From the NCBI GenBank assembly GCA_963845065.1, contig CAWJQQ010000001.1, positions 800,001 to 864,000 on the forward strand: a DNA stretch of 64,000 bases, written 5' to 3'. The stretch is from Nitrospirota bacterium (lineage in GTDB: Bacteria; Nitrospirota; UBA9217). Under the pieces are notes generated by a model. It worked only from the letters and a program-made list of their open reading frames with translations. It was not told the DNA's origin and did not search any database. This document shows, piece after piece, positions 11,209-22,467 of this stretch. A program made the translations under genes and the position numbers. How positions within the stretch are numbered: the stretch's first letter is position 1; every line of letters begins with the position of its first letter.

Positions 11209-11523
11209 ATGGCGGCATTAGAGACAGTTAAAAAAATAAAAGAGTCTATAGGTAGGGATTTAACAATACGGCAAATAGAATTCACGTTCCGTGCTCAAGA
11301 AGCCAAAAAAGCATACATCGCAGGAACATTCAATGATTGGAATACGAAATCAATGCCTATGAAAAAAGGCAAGGACGGAACCTGGAGAATCATGCTCAAA
11401 CTCTCTCCGGGAAGGTACGAGTATAAGTATTTCGTAGACGAAACATGGGCGCAAAATATTCCTGGCGAAGAATTGGCCCCAAATCCTTTCGGTACCAACA
11501 ATTGCGTAATAAGTGTCGAGTAA
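11209..11523 (+). CDS. CBM48/isoamylase early-set glycogen-binding protein
   Basis: IAGTFNDW...GTW...LSPGRYEYKYFVD...NPFGTNN; SD GGAGGAGG. Confidence 0.9.
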   Translation: MAALETVKKIKESIGRDLTIRQIEFTFRAQEAKKAYIAGTFNDWNTKSMPMKKGKDGTWRIMLKLSPGRYEYKYFVDETWAQNIPGEELAPNPFGTNNCVISVE

Positions 11524-11635
11524 GTGATGTAGATAGTATAACTGTAAGCCAGACAAGATATAAAAAATAAATAGAGAACTCAGTGTAATATAGGAATCTT
11601 AACCGGAAGGTCGACTGTAAGCGTAATTAGTGTTC

Positions 11636-11749
11636 AGGACGTATAATCGCATCAGGAAGCATTCGGCATTAGGATACAAGAGCCCAGAGCAGCAGGAAAA
11701 GAGCCTAAGAGAAACTTAACTAGGTGTCCACTTTTTCGGGGGAAGATCA
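11636..11749 (+). mobile_element. IS3-family remnant (OrfB C-terminus + right IR)
   Basis: Encodes YNRIRKHSALGYKSPE...*, followed by GTGTCCACTTTTTCGGGGGAAGATCA. Confidence 0.7.
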
Positions 11750-11818
11750 CTGGATAATATGCCTGCTTGACATTAATGTCAACGATATCCGCCCATGAAT
11801 CGTTTGATCCATGGGCTA

Positions 11819-11961
11819 TTTATAAAACCTGTCCTTGAATACCCAGCAGTTCTACTGCTGGGAAGAAAAGGACAATCCTGACGAAGTCAGGATAAGAATC
11901 TGATTGGTTTTAGGTTCTATCGGTTTTGATGCCCCGCAGCTCTGCAGCGGGGTAATTCACT
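11819..11961 (+). mobile_element. Miniature IS200/IS605-like element, family A copy 2
   Basis: Two substitutions relative to 5922-6064; same boundaries. Confidence 0.8.
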
Positions 11962-12012
11962 TTTTCGGTAAAAAACATTAACTTGATCTGTCATCATGAT
12001 TTATTCTCTCTA

Positions 12013-12069
12013 TCCTCCACTCTAATTTGCCATAGGGGACGTGTACCAGCAATATTTACACGGCAGGGC
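12013..12069 (-). mobile_element. Isolated end of an IS3 related to the IS at 30146-31764
   Basis: CCTCCACTCTAATTTGCCATAGGGGACGTGT...ATATTTACAC aligns with ~31717-31772. Confidence 0.55.
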
Positions 12070-12451
12070 CTCGTTAAAATGCTGACGTTGATCGAGCAAC
12101 GTTATGTAGTGAACTTGCGTGCTTGGCCTTAAAGTAGTTTAATTACGAATTGTTGAAACGACACTGTTCCAGTGAATTAAAACCAACTATCCAAATTCGA
12201 TATTGTGCATCACGCATCCATTTTGCATCGGTACCGGTACTATTTTTAGCGATCTCCCACCCGTCCTGATCGGTCGGGCAGACGCGACTGATGCCCTTTT
12301 GCCCTCTCTGGGCTATCCACTCATACTATTCAAAAATCGAATACACGTTTCGATAATCCTATAGACTTCCCTCTTGTTTTTACTCGTTCCAAGCGATTCT
12401 CAAACACCTCTACGAGTCTCAATCGATCCTATTCTATTGATTTTATAATTC

Positions 12452-13372
12452 TTGTGCAGGTATACTCTTATGCTCTCATTCTTTGGCATGACAGATGCAT
12501 TTTATGAAATCAGAAAGACGAAATATAGATGGGAGATGGTGGTAATGAAGCTGGTTACATTATATATATTTTTACTCTTCGCACCCGGGTTTGCTATTGC
12601 CCAGAATATATCAGAGAAAGAAAACGACGCAGCAAATCGGAACGTACAAGTAGCCGCCCCTCAGCTGTCAGCAGACCGTAATCAAAGTACCGCTGTCGAA
12701 CTGAACGCCCTTTATGACGAATCGAAATTTGGGGCCGAGCCGGAGTACTATAGGGGGATAAAACAGCCCGATCATTTTGACCCCGGCATCATAGGGGAAT
12801 GGAACGAGCGTGTATTTAATACACTAAAAACTTATTTCACTTCAAGACGGAAGGACCTTGTGTATGGTTATGGTCAGCAGAGCACTACTTATGTCGATGA
12901 ACAGACAAGCGAGAGAAACATGGTAATAAAAGTTGTCTTGAATGAGACCTTGAGTTTAACGAGAGAGCGAATACCAGAGATCGACAGTCTGGTTAAGGCC
13001 CTGAAATTCGAGATTTCGAGTGAGACCACTGGAACAAAGAGCGAAGAGGAGGCAAAGGACAAAAGAACCATCGAAGCGAGCACTGTCAAAAAGAACGTTA
13101 CCGAGGATAAGGTATATTATAAAACGGGAGTGCGCCTGAGGGTAGAGGGTTCGTTCCTGGGGCTTGCATCCGAGACGGAGGTCAACTACAACAGTGTGTC
13201 CTATTATTATAAAGTGAATTTCGACCATCAGAACGATAACAGCCTGGGCTTTGTATGCGTTGTCGGGAGGGACATCTATATTAAATTTGAGCATAGCTTT
13301 ACCGGCGCGATAGATCCAATAACGAAAAACAGGTCGAATCGCAATATAGTCCAACTGGTCAGTAAATTTTAG
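12452..13372 (+). CDS. Exported hypothetical protein, possibly outer-membrane beta-rich (start probably ~12545)
   Basis: Signal peptide MKLVTLYIFLLFAPGFAIA; alternating beta-strand C-terminal half; terminal Phe. Confidence 0.6.
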   Translation: MCRYTLMLSFFGMTDAFYEIRKTKYRWEMVVMKLVTLYIFLLFAPGFAIAQNISEKENDAANRNVQVAAPQLSADRNQSTAVELNALYDESKFGAEPEYYRGIKQPDHFDPGIIGEWNERVFNTLKTYFTSRRKDLVYGYGQQSTTYVDEQTSERNMVIKVVLNETLSLTRERIPEIDSLVKALKFEISSETTGTKSEEEAKDKRTIEASTVKKNVTEDKVYYKTGVRLRVEGSFLGLASETEVNYNSVSYYYKVNFDHQNDNSLGFVCVVGRDIYIKFEHSFTGAIDPITKNRSNRNIVQLVSKF

Positions 13373-13513
13373 TGAATTACCCCGCAGCAGAGCTGTGGGG
13401 CATCAAAACCGATAGAACCTAAAACCAATCAGATTCTTATCCTGACTTCGTCAGGATTGTCCTTTTCATCCAAGCAGTAGAACTGCTGGGTATTCAAGGA
13501 CAGGTTTTATAAA
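13371..13513 (-). mobile_element. Miniature IS200/IS605-like element, family A copy 3 (inverted)
   Basis: Reverse complement of copies 1/2 with a few substitutions. Confidence 0.8.
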
Positions 13514-13542
13514 GTGTCGACAGCACACCTCTCATCTGCATT

Positions 13543-13676
13543 TTAACTTGCAATTCTCTGAAGCTTGCTACAGGGTCACCGTATAGAGGGAAGAGTTTGA
13601 GAAACCGCAGGTTTCTCAATTGACAATCGTCTTCCTATTTATAAATACCACGCAGCTTGCTGCGTGGAAGTTCATT
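13543..13676 (+). mobile_element. Miniature IS200/IS605-like element, family B copy 2
   Basis: Near-identical to 2734-2867. Confidence 0.75.
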
Positions 13677-14348
13677 CGCGGCATCTGCCCATAAAATACG
13701 CCAAGAAATCATTGACAATCGCAGTCATTTGGCCTGATCTGATTAATGAATGAAGGGACGTCCTTGAATTATGGACTTGGAGATATATTTAGAAGAACAT
13801 CTAAGAGAAGTTTCCTACCTATAGAAATATCCCCCGCAGATTCTTTGTGATACTTCCACGTCCCAAATAATAAAGACATCCCCAAGATGCCCCCAGGAAA
13901 CTGATGCACTTTGCCTATAGGGATGCCGAATGCCATCGCCTGGCCGCTGATGAAAAAAAAAGAATGATTCGATCCAAAGTATTTCAATCAGGAGGATCAA
14001 AACGCGCAGAAAAAAGCGGCATGATCCGTGAAATTCAAAATCCTATTTCGACGGGAGAGTCCGATATGCGCGATTGAGGGCTGTTGACCTAGCACAAAAC
14101 AATCCTAGGCATCTCGTTTGAACGATGGAATCTGGATGAGGGATTCTTTGCGGCCAGAGCTAAAAGCGCGGCACGCCGAATAGCAATAACCATCAGAGAT
14201 ATCGTTCGTCAGGATTCGAGAGCCTAGCCGAGAAAGCAATAGCGGCAGGAAGGCCGAAAGGAGAACCGCGCCTTATAAACATCGCAAATATATATAGTAC
14301 CGAAAATACTCAAAGTTCATTTTATTTTTGACAGGTATGACATAGTAT

Positions 14349-14472
14349 GTTCTGTGAGGGGCATTGATAAAAATCATATGGCCTAATAATGTGACACTCC
14401 TCATGCCGAAAGGGAGGAGAAACGGTGAAAACAAACCATGCCTACGTGAGGTATAGGAGATGCCTACTCGAC
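14349..14472 (+). other. Group II intron 3'-end remnant (end of DV + long DVI)
   Basis: GTTCTGTGAGGGGCAT...GCCGAAAGGGAGGAGAAACGG...ATGCCTACTCGAC. Confidence 0.55.
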
Positions 14473-14503
14473 CAACACTTATAGAATCAACCTGAATTTG
14501 TAA

Positions 14504-16430
14504 AAGCGCCGGGATAAACCGGCATAGAGTCGGGGGTGAAAGTCCCCTACGTGAAAGGATGAGCTGATCCATCATGGCCTCGAGTCATGCGCGGGCAGTC
14601 GTGAGATTGCACGTGAAGCGTTGACAGAGGAAACGCAGGCCAGCCATTGAGCTCCGAAATCCGGTGATTCGGGGTGCCGACCGCGTACGAATGCTGGGAA
14701 GGCACTACTGGCAACGCCGCTATCCAGCCAGACGTTGCCCGACCCCGCGGAGTCAGAGAACCTGAGCATGCGTGGATACTCTATGTTCGAGAACTGGGAG
14801 AGCTCAGCAGCTCCCGCTAGGAAACATTAAGCGGGACGGTAAGGGAAGGCCTGTGGCCGCGATCCTTATATGCACGCTGCTGAGCAGTCTGACATCGGCG
14901 TACTACCTAAGAAGGTGCCGAACAAAGCTGCATGTTCCCCATGCGGCGGCGGAGGCTCTGGAGGGAAGGCTGATGACCAAGGGGAAATTCTGGAAAGTCG
15001 TCTGCGACCTGTACGCAGAGACAGGGGTAAGCATTGAACGGACTTGACGGGATACGTGAAGCAGCGGCAAGGGATGGGAACCTTCGTTTCACCAGCCTCA
15101 TGCACCATATCACAGAAGAAATGCTTCGGGATGCTTACAATGCGCTCAAACGCAACGCGGCAGCCGGGGTAGACGATGTGACATGGCAAGAGTACGGTGA
15201 GGGACTGGATGTCCGGATAAAGGACCTCCACGATCGGGTAAAGAGTGGCAGGTTCCGAGCAAAGCCTTCGAAGCGGGTATGGATACCCAAGCCGGACGGT
15301 CGTCAAAGACCAATCGGCATAGCCGCACTTGAGGACAAGATAGTCCAACAAGCGGTGGTGTGGGTACTGAGCCATATCTACGAAAAGGACTTTCTCGGTT
15401 TCAGCTACGATTTCGACCGGAGCGTAGCCAGCATAACGCGCTGGATGCGATATGGATGGGAATCACCCGAATGAAGGTAAACTGGGTGCTGGATGCGGAC
15501 ATAAAGAGTTTCTTTGACACGATCAATCATGCGTGGCTGATGAAGCTCCTGGAACGTCGCATCGCAGACCCCCGGATGCTCCGCCTGATCCGAAAGTGGC
15601 TCAGGGCCGGAGTATCGGAAGACGGCGAGTGGTCAAAGACGGAGGTAGGCACGCCGCAAGGGTCAGTCATATCGCCCTTGCTCAGTAATATCTACCTGCA
15701 TTACGTTCTTGACAAGTGGGTAACAGAATGGCGAAAGAACAAAGCAAACGGTGAAGTAATCATCGTTCGCTACGCCGACGATTTCGTCATGAGGTTTCAA
15801 TACCGGAGCAGTGTGGAACGTTTCCTGCAAGAAATGAAGAAACGATTCGCCGCTTTCGGGCTTGAAATTCACAGCGAAAAGACCCGGCTCATCGAGTTCG
15901 GACGGTTCGCGGAAGCAAACCGCGCCGAGCGGGGAGAAGGGAAGGCTGAAACGTTTGACTTTCTCGGGTTCACGCATATCTGTAGCAGGACCTGGAAGAA
16001 CAATCGTTTCACTATACACCGCAGAACAATCGCCAAACGTCTTCGGGCAAAGCTGAAGGAAGTGAGAAAAGAGCTTATTCAACGCAGGCATGAGCCGGTG
16101 CCGGTACTTGGTAAGTGGCTCAGGTCAGTGGTACAGGGTCATCTCAATTACTTCGCGGTGCCCGGCAACATAAAGGCATTACAGGCGTTTCGCACGGAGA
16201 TAAATAAGGCATGGCTCTTCGCGTTAAGGCGCCGCAGCCATAAGGCCAGAAATCTAACGTGGGACCGGATGAAATGCCTAATAAAGACGTGGATACCCGC
16301 AGCCAAAATCAAGCACCCGTACCCGCACCAAAGGCTTTGCGTGAACCACCCGAGGTAAGAGCCGTGTGAGGTAGTGCCTCTAGCACGGATCCGTGCGGGG
16401 GGCGTCCAGTAACGGACGCCCTACCGCGAT
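14504..16430 (+). mobile_element. Group IIB intron (bacterial class E-like)
   Basis: 5' ..GCGCCGGG..AAACCGGC; DI motifs CGTGAAGCGTTGACAG and GCCATTGAGCTCCGAAA; DV GAGCCGTGTGAGG...GCACGGATC; 3' end CCCTACCGCGAT. Confidence 0.88.
15034..16358 (+). pseudogene. ltrA: Group II intron RT/maturase with 1-nt frameshift near 15409
   Basis: IPKPDGRQRPIGI; FSY[G]FRP broken (TAC-GA-TTT); DADIKSFFD; GTPQG; YADD; no endonuclease domain. Confidence 0.88.
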
Positions 16431-16519
16431 TAATGTCTGACACAAAAAAACCGCTCGACCAAAACGAATTTCTTGAAATACGCCTTTGAAAAAATTCACA
16501 CGATGTCGATGACTTCTAC

Positions 16520-16925
16520 TATAAATTGCTTCCGCCGAAGGTATATCCCGACCTTAGCTTCGAGGTTTTTGGCAATGTTCGATACCGTCTGTGAGCTGAC
16601 TCTCGTGCCGACAAGGGGCTTAAAGGCCTGGCCGGTAAAACGCGTGGAGGCTCCATACAAGAAAATCCGGAGTAATGCCGCATCTCCACCTCCTGCACGC
16701 CCTGCTGATCGCGCTTTGTAACCTTGCTTTCATACCACACGCCCCGAATCCGGGGCATCCGATTGTCCAGTCGACCTTCTTTCAAAAGAATATATCTTGT
16801 CCAATGACCATGCCGGTAATGAGCCCTCGTATCAGTTCGCCCGTAGGATTGGCAGAGTAACAGCTCTGTCCGCTCTGCCTCCAGTACCTCCTCGATAAGC
16901 TTCCTCCTGAAATCTTTTTGCGCGG
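16520..16925 (-). pseudogene. IS256-family transposase N-terminal fragment
   Basis: LIEEVLEAERTE...YRHGHWTR...MPRIRG, frameshift, then FLYGASTR...VSSQTVSNIAK. Confidence 0.7.
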
Positions 16926-17071
16926 CTTGGAGTTAGTTACGAAATCGCTGCACACACTAAAGTATTTGATTTAAATTCCGATAAGAAGTTAAATGCAGTC
17001 TATCAGGACTGAAAAGGCGTTTTTGCTCAATCATATGATAGGAGGCATACTAATATTCAGGAGGTATCGAG

Positions 17072-18220
17072 ATGAAGAGAGGATTCTTGTTTTTGCTCAT
17101 GATTTGTTTCACGCTGGCTGCTGCTGTCTGCACTGCCGAACCCGGAGTCAGCGACTCGGAGATCAAGATAGGAATGGTAAACGCACAATCCGGACCGGCA
17201 TCCGCTCTCGGCAAAGGAATGCTGTCAGGCGCAGGTGCCGTCTTCAGGGAGGTTAACGAAAAGGGGGGCATAAGCGGCAGGAAGATCAATCTTGTTGTTG
17301 CGGATGATGGTTATGAACCCGACAAGGCCGTAGACGCTACGCTCAGGATGATCGAAGTGGAGAAGGTCTTTGCCCTGTTCGGCTATGTTGGCACGCCCAC
17401 GGCCAATGCGGTCATACCGATCGTAAAGGACGCCAAGGTTCCTCTGGTTGGCCTTTTTACTGGCGCAATGACGCTTCGAAAGCCGGTGACGCATGAGATT
17501 ATTAACATTAGGGCTTCCTATGATGATGAAGGGGAGAAACTTGTAGACAACATGTTGAAGGCCGGCGCAAAGAAGATAGGCGTTTTTTACCAGGATGATG
17601 GATTCGGTACTGCTGTATTGTCGGCTACCGAAAAGGCGTTGAAAAAGAGGGGCATGGAAGTGGCTGCAAAAGGCACCTTCCAGAGAAATACCCTTGCAGT
17701 TAAGGCGGGTTTTGCATCGATTATCTCCGCCAATCCCGATGCAGTGGTTTTGGTGGGGCCTTATACACCTCTGGCTGCATTCATCAAGGTCGCAAAGGAA
17801 GAGGGACTTAAAGCACGGCTCGCCACAGTCTCTTTTGTCGGAACCGACAGCCTTGTAAAGCTGGTTGGTGATCAAGGTAATGGCGTAATCATCTCCCAAG
17901 TCGTTCCGTTCCCCGAAGATATTTCCATCCCTGTTGTAAAAGAATGCAGCGAGATCGTAAAAAAATATTCGAACGAACCACTCGGTTTCGTCAATCTTGA
18001 AGGCTGCGTAACTGCTAAGGCGATTGTCAAGGCTATGGAGTCGATGGGGAAGAACATAACACGAGAAGGCCTTATCAGTGCATTCGAGGGCATGAAGGGC
18101 GTTGATATTGGAGGAATGGTATTCCAAATGGGACAAGACAATCACCAGGCCTCCGATATTGTATATCTCACAGAGATAAAAAACGGAAAGATCACATCCA
18201 TAAATGAAATCACCAAGTAG
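17072..18220 (+). CDS. Periplasmic solute-binding protein, LivJ/Peripla_BP_6 type
   Basis: Signal peptide; IKIGM...SGPASALG; GGISGRKI; DDGYEP; YQDDGFG. Confidence 0.92.
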   Translation: MKRGFLFLLMICFTLAAAVCTAEPGVSDSEIKIGMVNAQSGPASALGKGMLSGAGAVFREVNEKGGISGRKINLVVADDGYEPDKAVDATLRMIEVEKVFALFGYVGTPTANAVIPIVKDAKVPLVGLFTGAMTLRKPVTHEIINIRASYDDEGEKLVDNMLKAGAKKIGVFYQDDGFGTAVLSATEKALKKRGMEVAAKGTFQRNTLAVKAGFASIISANPDAVVLVGPYTPLAAFIKVAKEEGLKARLATVSFVGTDSLVKLVGDQGNGVIISQVVPFPEDISIPVVKECSEIVKKYSNEPLGFVNLEGCVTAKAIVKAMESMGKNITREGLISAFEGMKGVDIGGMVFQMGQDNHQASDIVYLTEIKNGKITSINEITK

Positions 18221-18269
18221 TAGAGTATACGCCTTCCGGCATGTTGCAGAGAGTTCTTTGAGGTGACTG

Positions 18270-20741
18270 TTGAATATCAGGAAAAAGCTGTATGGCAGCG
18301 TTTTTGTCACGATAATTGGGATCGGAGTGTTTCTTGCCGTCACTATCTATGCGAACTCCAGAATCCGTTCGGCGGTTGACATCATGACCGAAAAAACCAC
18401 ACCCCTGCAGGCAAAGGTCCTTGGATTGCAGCAGGAGATCGAAAAGATGTCAGCGAATTTTCTGCGGCTCAGCTACGTTACGGACAATGCCGATTTCAAG
18501 CAGGTATCAGACAACATCGGCATAAACATAGTTAATATCGAAAGGATAAATGCAGATATCCAGCAACTAGGTAACAGTTCCACCGGGACAGACACATCGC
18601 CTCTGAAAAATATCCATTCTACCCTATCCAGAGTCTCCCAGCAGAGGATTACAGACATTGCTGCATTCAAGACCGGGATATCAGACGTCAATTCACAGAT
18701 CAAGGTGACCGGGGCCGCCTATTCCAACATAATCGAAAAACTTACCGTACTACGTTTGGAAGGCATTCGAACGAGTAGGGAATCAGAGGAATTCAGCAAC
18801 AAGACTAATGCCGCGATTAGAAAGATACTTGTCCTTCAATCTAAGCTAGTAGAAATTGAAAAGCTAGTAAGCGATGTTGAATCGGTCAGCAACAAATACA
18901 AGCTTTCTCCGTATAAGGAAAATGCCAAAGCGATCACTGACTCTGTAGACGAAGTGACTTATACAAAGGACGACCCGGTTGTCATTAAAGATATAAAATA
19001 CGCTGCAAAAGATATGTATAAACTGATCGTGGGGGAAGAAACCGGCGTTATCCCGCTTAAATGGGCGATACTTTCAGGTAACAGCGTTACAGGGCAGTAT
19101 CAAGCGCAAAAAGCTAATATATCCAAATATGTCGAGGGTTTGCTTGTCAGGGTTTCCGAAACCATGGATCAGCTCGAGATTCAACGTATGAAGGGGAAAC
19201 AGCAGGCAAACAAATCGGTGAGCGTGAAACAAACTGTAGCTGCTATCGAAGATGTCGTAAGCGCGGGTAACGACATGAACCTTAACATCAAAGAGCTTAA
19301 CAGCCTTGTCAGACTGGCAATGCTCAGCTCTTCGAATGCTGAGCTCCAGAAAACCGCATCCGACATAGTAAAGGTCCGGGAGAAGATTGCTGAAAATATT
19401 AACGGCATGTTGTCCTTGCTCAACAAAATGGGCCAGGAGAGCCTTTCAAAAGATACTTCGGAGATGCGGCAGACATTGAAGAATGTAGATGCGGCGATTG
19501 AAAGAATGCTCTCCGCGAAAAGGGGCGTCCTTGAAGGCGATGCCGAGATGCAAAAGGTTATAAGTCAAGTCAATGTGATTGCTGGAGAAAATGCCAGAAG
19601 GGCAGGAAATGAGGTTAAGGACATAGAGTTGAAGCAGCAGGACATAATGAACGAGGTCAAAGTCACTATGAATCAGACGCTTTTGATTATCGTAATGACG
19701 GTGGTCGTCGTCCTAGGGTTCGTTACAGTTACCAGCATCATTACAGCAAGAGGAGTTATAAAAGGAATAAGCGAAACCGAAAAGCTTATTAAAGATGTTT
19801 CGACCGGCAACCTTGCAGTGAAGATCCATACTAAGAGCCGTGACGAAATAGGAGTTATGAGCGCTCAGCTGAACAGCCTTGTAGAAAAACTCAAAGAGAT
19901 CGTCACCATCATCTACGACAAAAGCAATGCTGTTACACGCTCTGCAATGGAGATCGCAACCACAAGCACGCAACTCCACCAACGAGCGACCAATCAGGCT
20001 GAGGAGGTGACGATCCTCTCAGCTTCCGCGGAACAGTTATCTGCAACGACCTTAGACATGTCCAAACATTCTGTACAAATAGCCGAATTCACTGCAACTA
20101 CCAGTCGTATGGCCGATGAAGGCGGCAAAGAGATCTTACATGCGCTCACCGGCATCGTATCAGTCTCCGCCGCAGTCAGTGATATTTCCATTGCAATGAA
20201 AGAGCTTTCCACGAACTCGGACCGTATAGGAGAGATCGTTACCACCATAAAGGCCATCGCCGACCAAACGAACCTGCTCTCCTTAAATGCGGCCATCGAG
20301 GCTGCCCGAGCCGGGGAACAAGGGCTGGGATTTGCTGTTGTTGCCGACGAGGTACGGAAGCTTGCGGATAAGACTGTGGCCGCCGCAGAAGAGGTCTCAG
20401 ATATCGTACGAACCATTCAATCTGAAACAGGTGCAGTTGAAAAGTCGGTCAAAAGAGGGATCGATTCCGTCGATTCTGCTATAAAGCTGACCAATAAGTC
20501 CGGTGATACGCTGAAGCACATTATTGGCGGCATCAATCAAATTACAGAGATGATCGACCAGATAGTTCCATCCATTTCAGAACAGTCCTCCACAACCAAT
20601 TCCATGACCTCCAATATACTGCATATCAATAATGTTACGTCTGAATTCGCTGCCGCGATGCAAGGCATGACAAGAGCATCGACAGGCCTTGACGCCATTG
20701 CACAGGAACTGCAGTCCACTCTGAAGCACTTTCAGATATGA
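18270..20741 (+). CDS. Methyl-accepting chemotaxis protein with large periplasmic domain
   Basis: 2 TM helices, HAMP (DEIG), [37 protein letters not shown]. Confidence 0.95.
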   Translation: MNIRKKLYGSVFVTIIGIGVFLAVTIYANSRIRSAVDIMTEKTTPLQAKVLGLQQEIEKMSANFLRLSYVTDNADFKQVSDNIGINIVNIERINADIQQLGNSSTGTDTSPLKNIHSTLSRVSQQRITDIAAFKTGISDVNSQIKVTGAAYSNIIEKLTVLRLEGIRTSRESEEFSNKTNAAIRKILVLQSKLVEIEKLVSDVESVSNKYKLSPYKENAKAITDSVDEVTYTKDDPVVIKDIKYAAKDMYKLIVGEETGVIPLKWAILSGNSVTGQYQAQKANISKYVEGLLVRVSETMDQLEIQRMKGKQQANKSVSVKQTVAAIEDVVSAGNDMNLNIKELNSLVRLAMLSSSNAELQKTASDIVKVREKIAENINGMLSLLNKMGQESLSKDTSEMRQTLKNVDAAIERMLSAKRGVLEGDAEMQKVISQVNVIAGENARRAGNEVKDIELKQQDIMNEVKVTMNQTLLIIVMTVVVVLGFVTVTSIITARGVIKGISETEKLIKDVSTGNLAVKIHTKSRDEIGVMSAQLNSLVEKLKEIVTIIYDKSNAVTRSAMEIATTSTQLHQRATNQAEEVTILSASAEQLSATTLDMSKHSVQIAEFTATTSRMADEGGKEILHALTGIVSVSAAVSDISIAMKELSTNSDRIGEIVTTIKAIADQTNLLSLNAAIEAARAGEQGLGFAVVADEVRKLADKTVAAAEEVSDIVRTIQSETGAVEKSVKRGIDSVDSAIKLTNKSGDTLKHIIGGINQITEMIDQIVPSISEQSSTTNSMTSNILHINNVTSEFAAAMQGMTRASTGLDAIAQELQSTLKHFQI

Positions 20742-20749
20742 AAAGCTTT

Positions 20750-21392
20750 TTATAGAGCCCCTATTTCATATAGCGCATAGCGAAGATCTGATTTTCCCTG
20801 TTTGGAAATGACCGGGGTCGCTGAATATGATGTCTTCCCGCTCCGATTCGCACAGAGGTCAAGACCGGCCATTTTCAACACCTGCTTCGCACTCGTAAAC
20901 CGGTGAGGATTCCCGATAACCCCCAAGACCTTAGCGGAAAGAGCTGGCCCGAATCCTGGAATGCTCAAGAGGTATGTGTACTCGGGAAACTCCAGGCAAA
21001 CATTCTCAAGTTTGTTTTCCACCGACTTGATGGTTTGTCAAAGCTACCTCAAACTGTCCACCATGACTTGGGCCTCAAATGATGCCGCTTCTCTCATGGT
21101 GCCGCCGATGGAGTCGACCGCTGCCCTCCAGATTGCCCCGACCCGGCGCCACGGTGCGGCAGAATGTGTCGTATTCCATTCCGGCAATTGCCGACGGATC
21201 GAGGCATTCTCGCACCACTGACAGGGTCTCTAAAGGGCCAAAGTGGTGGTCCAGCTCAGGGAAATATTGAGCAAGGAGATTATTATGGATACACGCGCTT
21301 ATACCGTGTTTCCGCTTTTTCAGTCTCCGCTTGAGTACTATGAGCGTGCGAACATTCCGCAGTGTCATCAGGGGATACTCGTAAAACAGGCA
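20750..21392 (-). pseudogene. IS110-family transposase, 3' part
   Basis: CLFYEYP...QYFPEL...LLSIPGFGP...AGLDL...SGK...LRYALY with frameshifts. Confidence 0.8.
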
Positions 21393-21447
21393 TAATGCAG
21401 AGTATATTGTTATGCGGAGCCCGCTTTTCGCAGGCCCCGCAAACAGG

Positions 21448-22467
21448 TCATTTTGACGTCTTTTTACTCCGCATAAAATTGCTAGGCCGCAGCGAGGCAA
21501 TCAATTTATCGGTTGCCTTGAACCTTCCAGATCGTAACTTGGGAGCGACAATAGACTCTAAGGTTTCTAGCTTCACCGAAGGATCTGCCCGCGTGTACAT
21601 TTCAGTTGTTTGCAGGTTCGAGTGCCCGAGCCAGAGAGAGACTTTTCGTATATCGTTTGTGGCCTGCAGAACCGTTAACGCGCAGGTATGACGCAGCACG
21701 TGCGGCGAAACTTGCTTCGTTGATAGAGAAGGGCAGCACCTTGCCCCGGTGTGAGTATGCTTACGCAGAATGTATTCGAAGCCGGAGCGGGTCATGGGTT
21801 GGCTACGAGCGTTGAGAAACAGTTCCGGCACCAAGGCCATACCCCTGACTGCCAGCCATGCTCTTAGCGTCGATGTCGTATCCTTCCACAAAGGGAGGCA
21901 TCGCTCTTTTCGGCCCTTGCCGTGAACCATAATGCTGGCGTGCGGTTGAAGTGTCAGGTCGTCAATTCGCAGCCCGATCAACTCGGAGACGCGCAAGCCT
22001 CCGGCGAAGCAGAGGTGAATCATGGCGCGATCTCTGATACCATCTCGCTTAGTTGGTTCAGGCGCGTTTAGGATGGCCTGCATCTCTTCAGCCGTGAAGT
22101 GCTTGACAAGGCGTGTATCTGCTTTCTTTGATGGAATCGCCAAAATACGCCGGATCTGTTCTAAGGCCGTCGGCACACGATATTCCATAAAATGCATAAA
22201 CGACTTAATGGCGGCCAGTCGAATGTTTCTGGAGCTCGGCCCATTCCCACGATTTTCTTCCAGATGGTTCAGAAAACTCACAATTAGTGGCGCGTCGAGT
22301 TGTTCCAAACACAATTCCGACGGAGAGATCTTGAGGCAGTTACTTGCGTATTCAAAGAGCATTTTGAAAGCATATGCATAGGACTCACAAGTGTTGTCAC
22401 TAGCGCGGCGTTCGATTGGCAGTCGTTGCTGCAGAAAAGCCGTGATATGTGATGAGATCGGAGTCAT
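21448..22467 (-). CDS. RIT tyrosine recombinase C
   Basis: GLRVSE, HGKGRKER, PHVLRH, LGHSNLQTTEMY; start overlaps recombinase B stop. Confidence 0.9.
   Translation of the reverse strand: MTPISSHITAFLQQRLPIERRASDNTCESYAYAFKMLFEYASNCLKISPSELCLEQLDAPLIVSFLNHLEENRGNGPSSRNIRLAAIKSFMHFMEYRVPTALEQIRRILAIPSKKADTRLVKHFTAEEMQAILNAPEPTKRDGIRDRAMIHLCFAGGLRVSELIGLRIDDLTLQPHASIMVHGKGRKERCLPLWKDTTSTLRAWLAVRGMALVPELFLNARSQPMTRSGFEYILRKHTHTGARCCPSLSTKQVSPHVLRHTCALTVLQATNDIRKVSLWLGHSNLQTTEMYTRADPSVKLETLESIVAPKLRSGRFKATDKLIASLRPSNFMRSKKTSK

Noticed and set aside
2734..13676. Palindromic repeats as a CRISPR array
   Set aside because: Copies are 134-143 bp, dispersed over kilobases, without regular spacers, and no cas genes are present.
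13990..14272. Possible structured ncRNA or riboswitch
   Set aside because: No recognisable family motif or strong stems; the minus strand reads like decayed coding sequence.
17225..18343. Long antisense ORFs (also 47725-48897, 49378-50067, 63136-63921)
   Set aside because: Shadows of well-supported genes on the opposite strand, with no motifs of their own.
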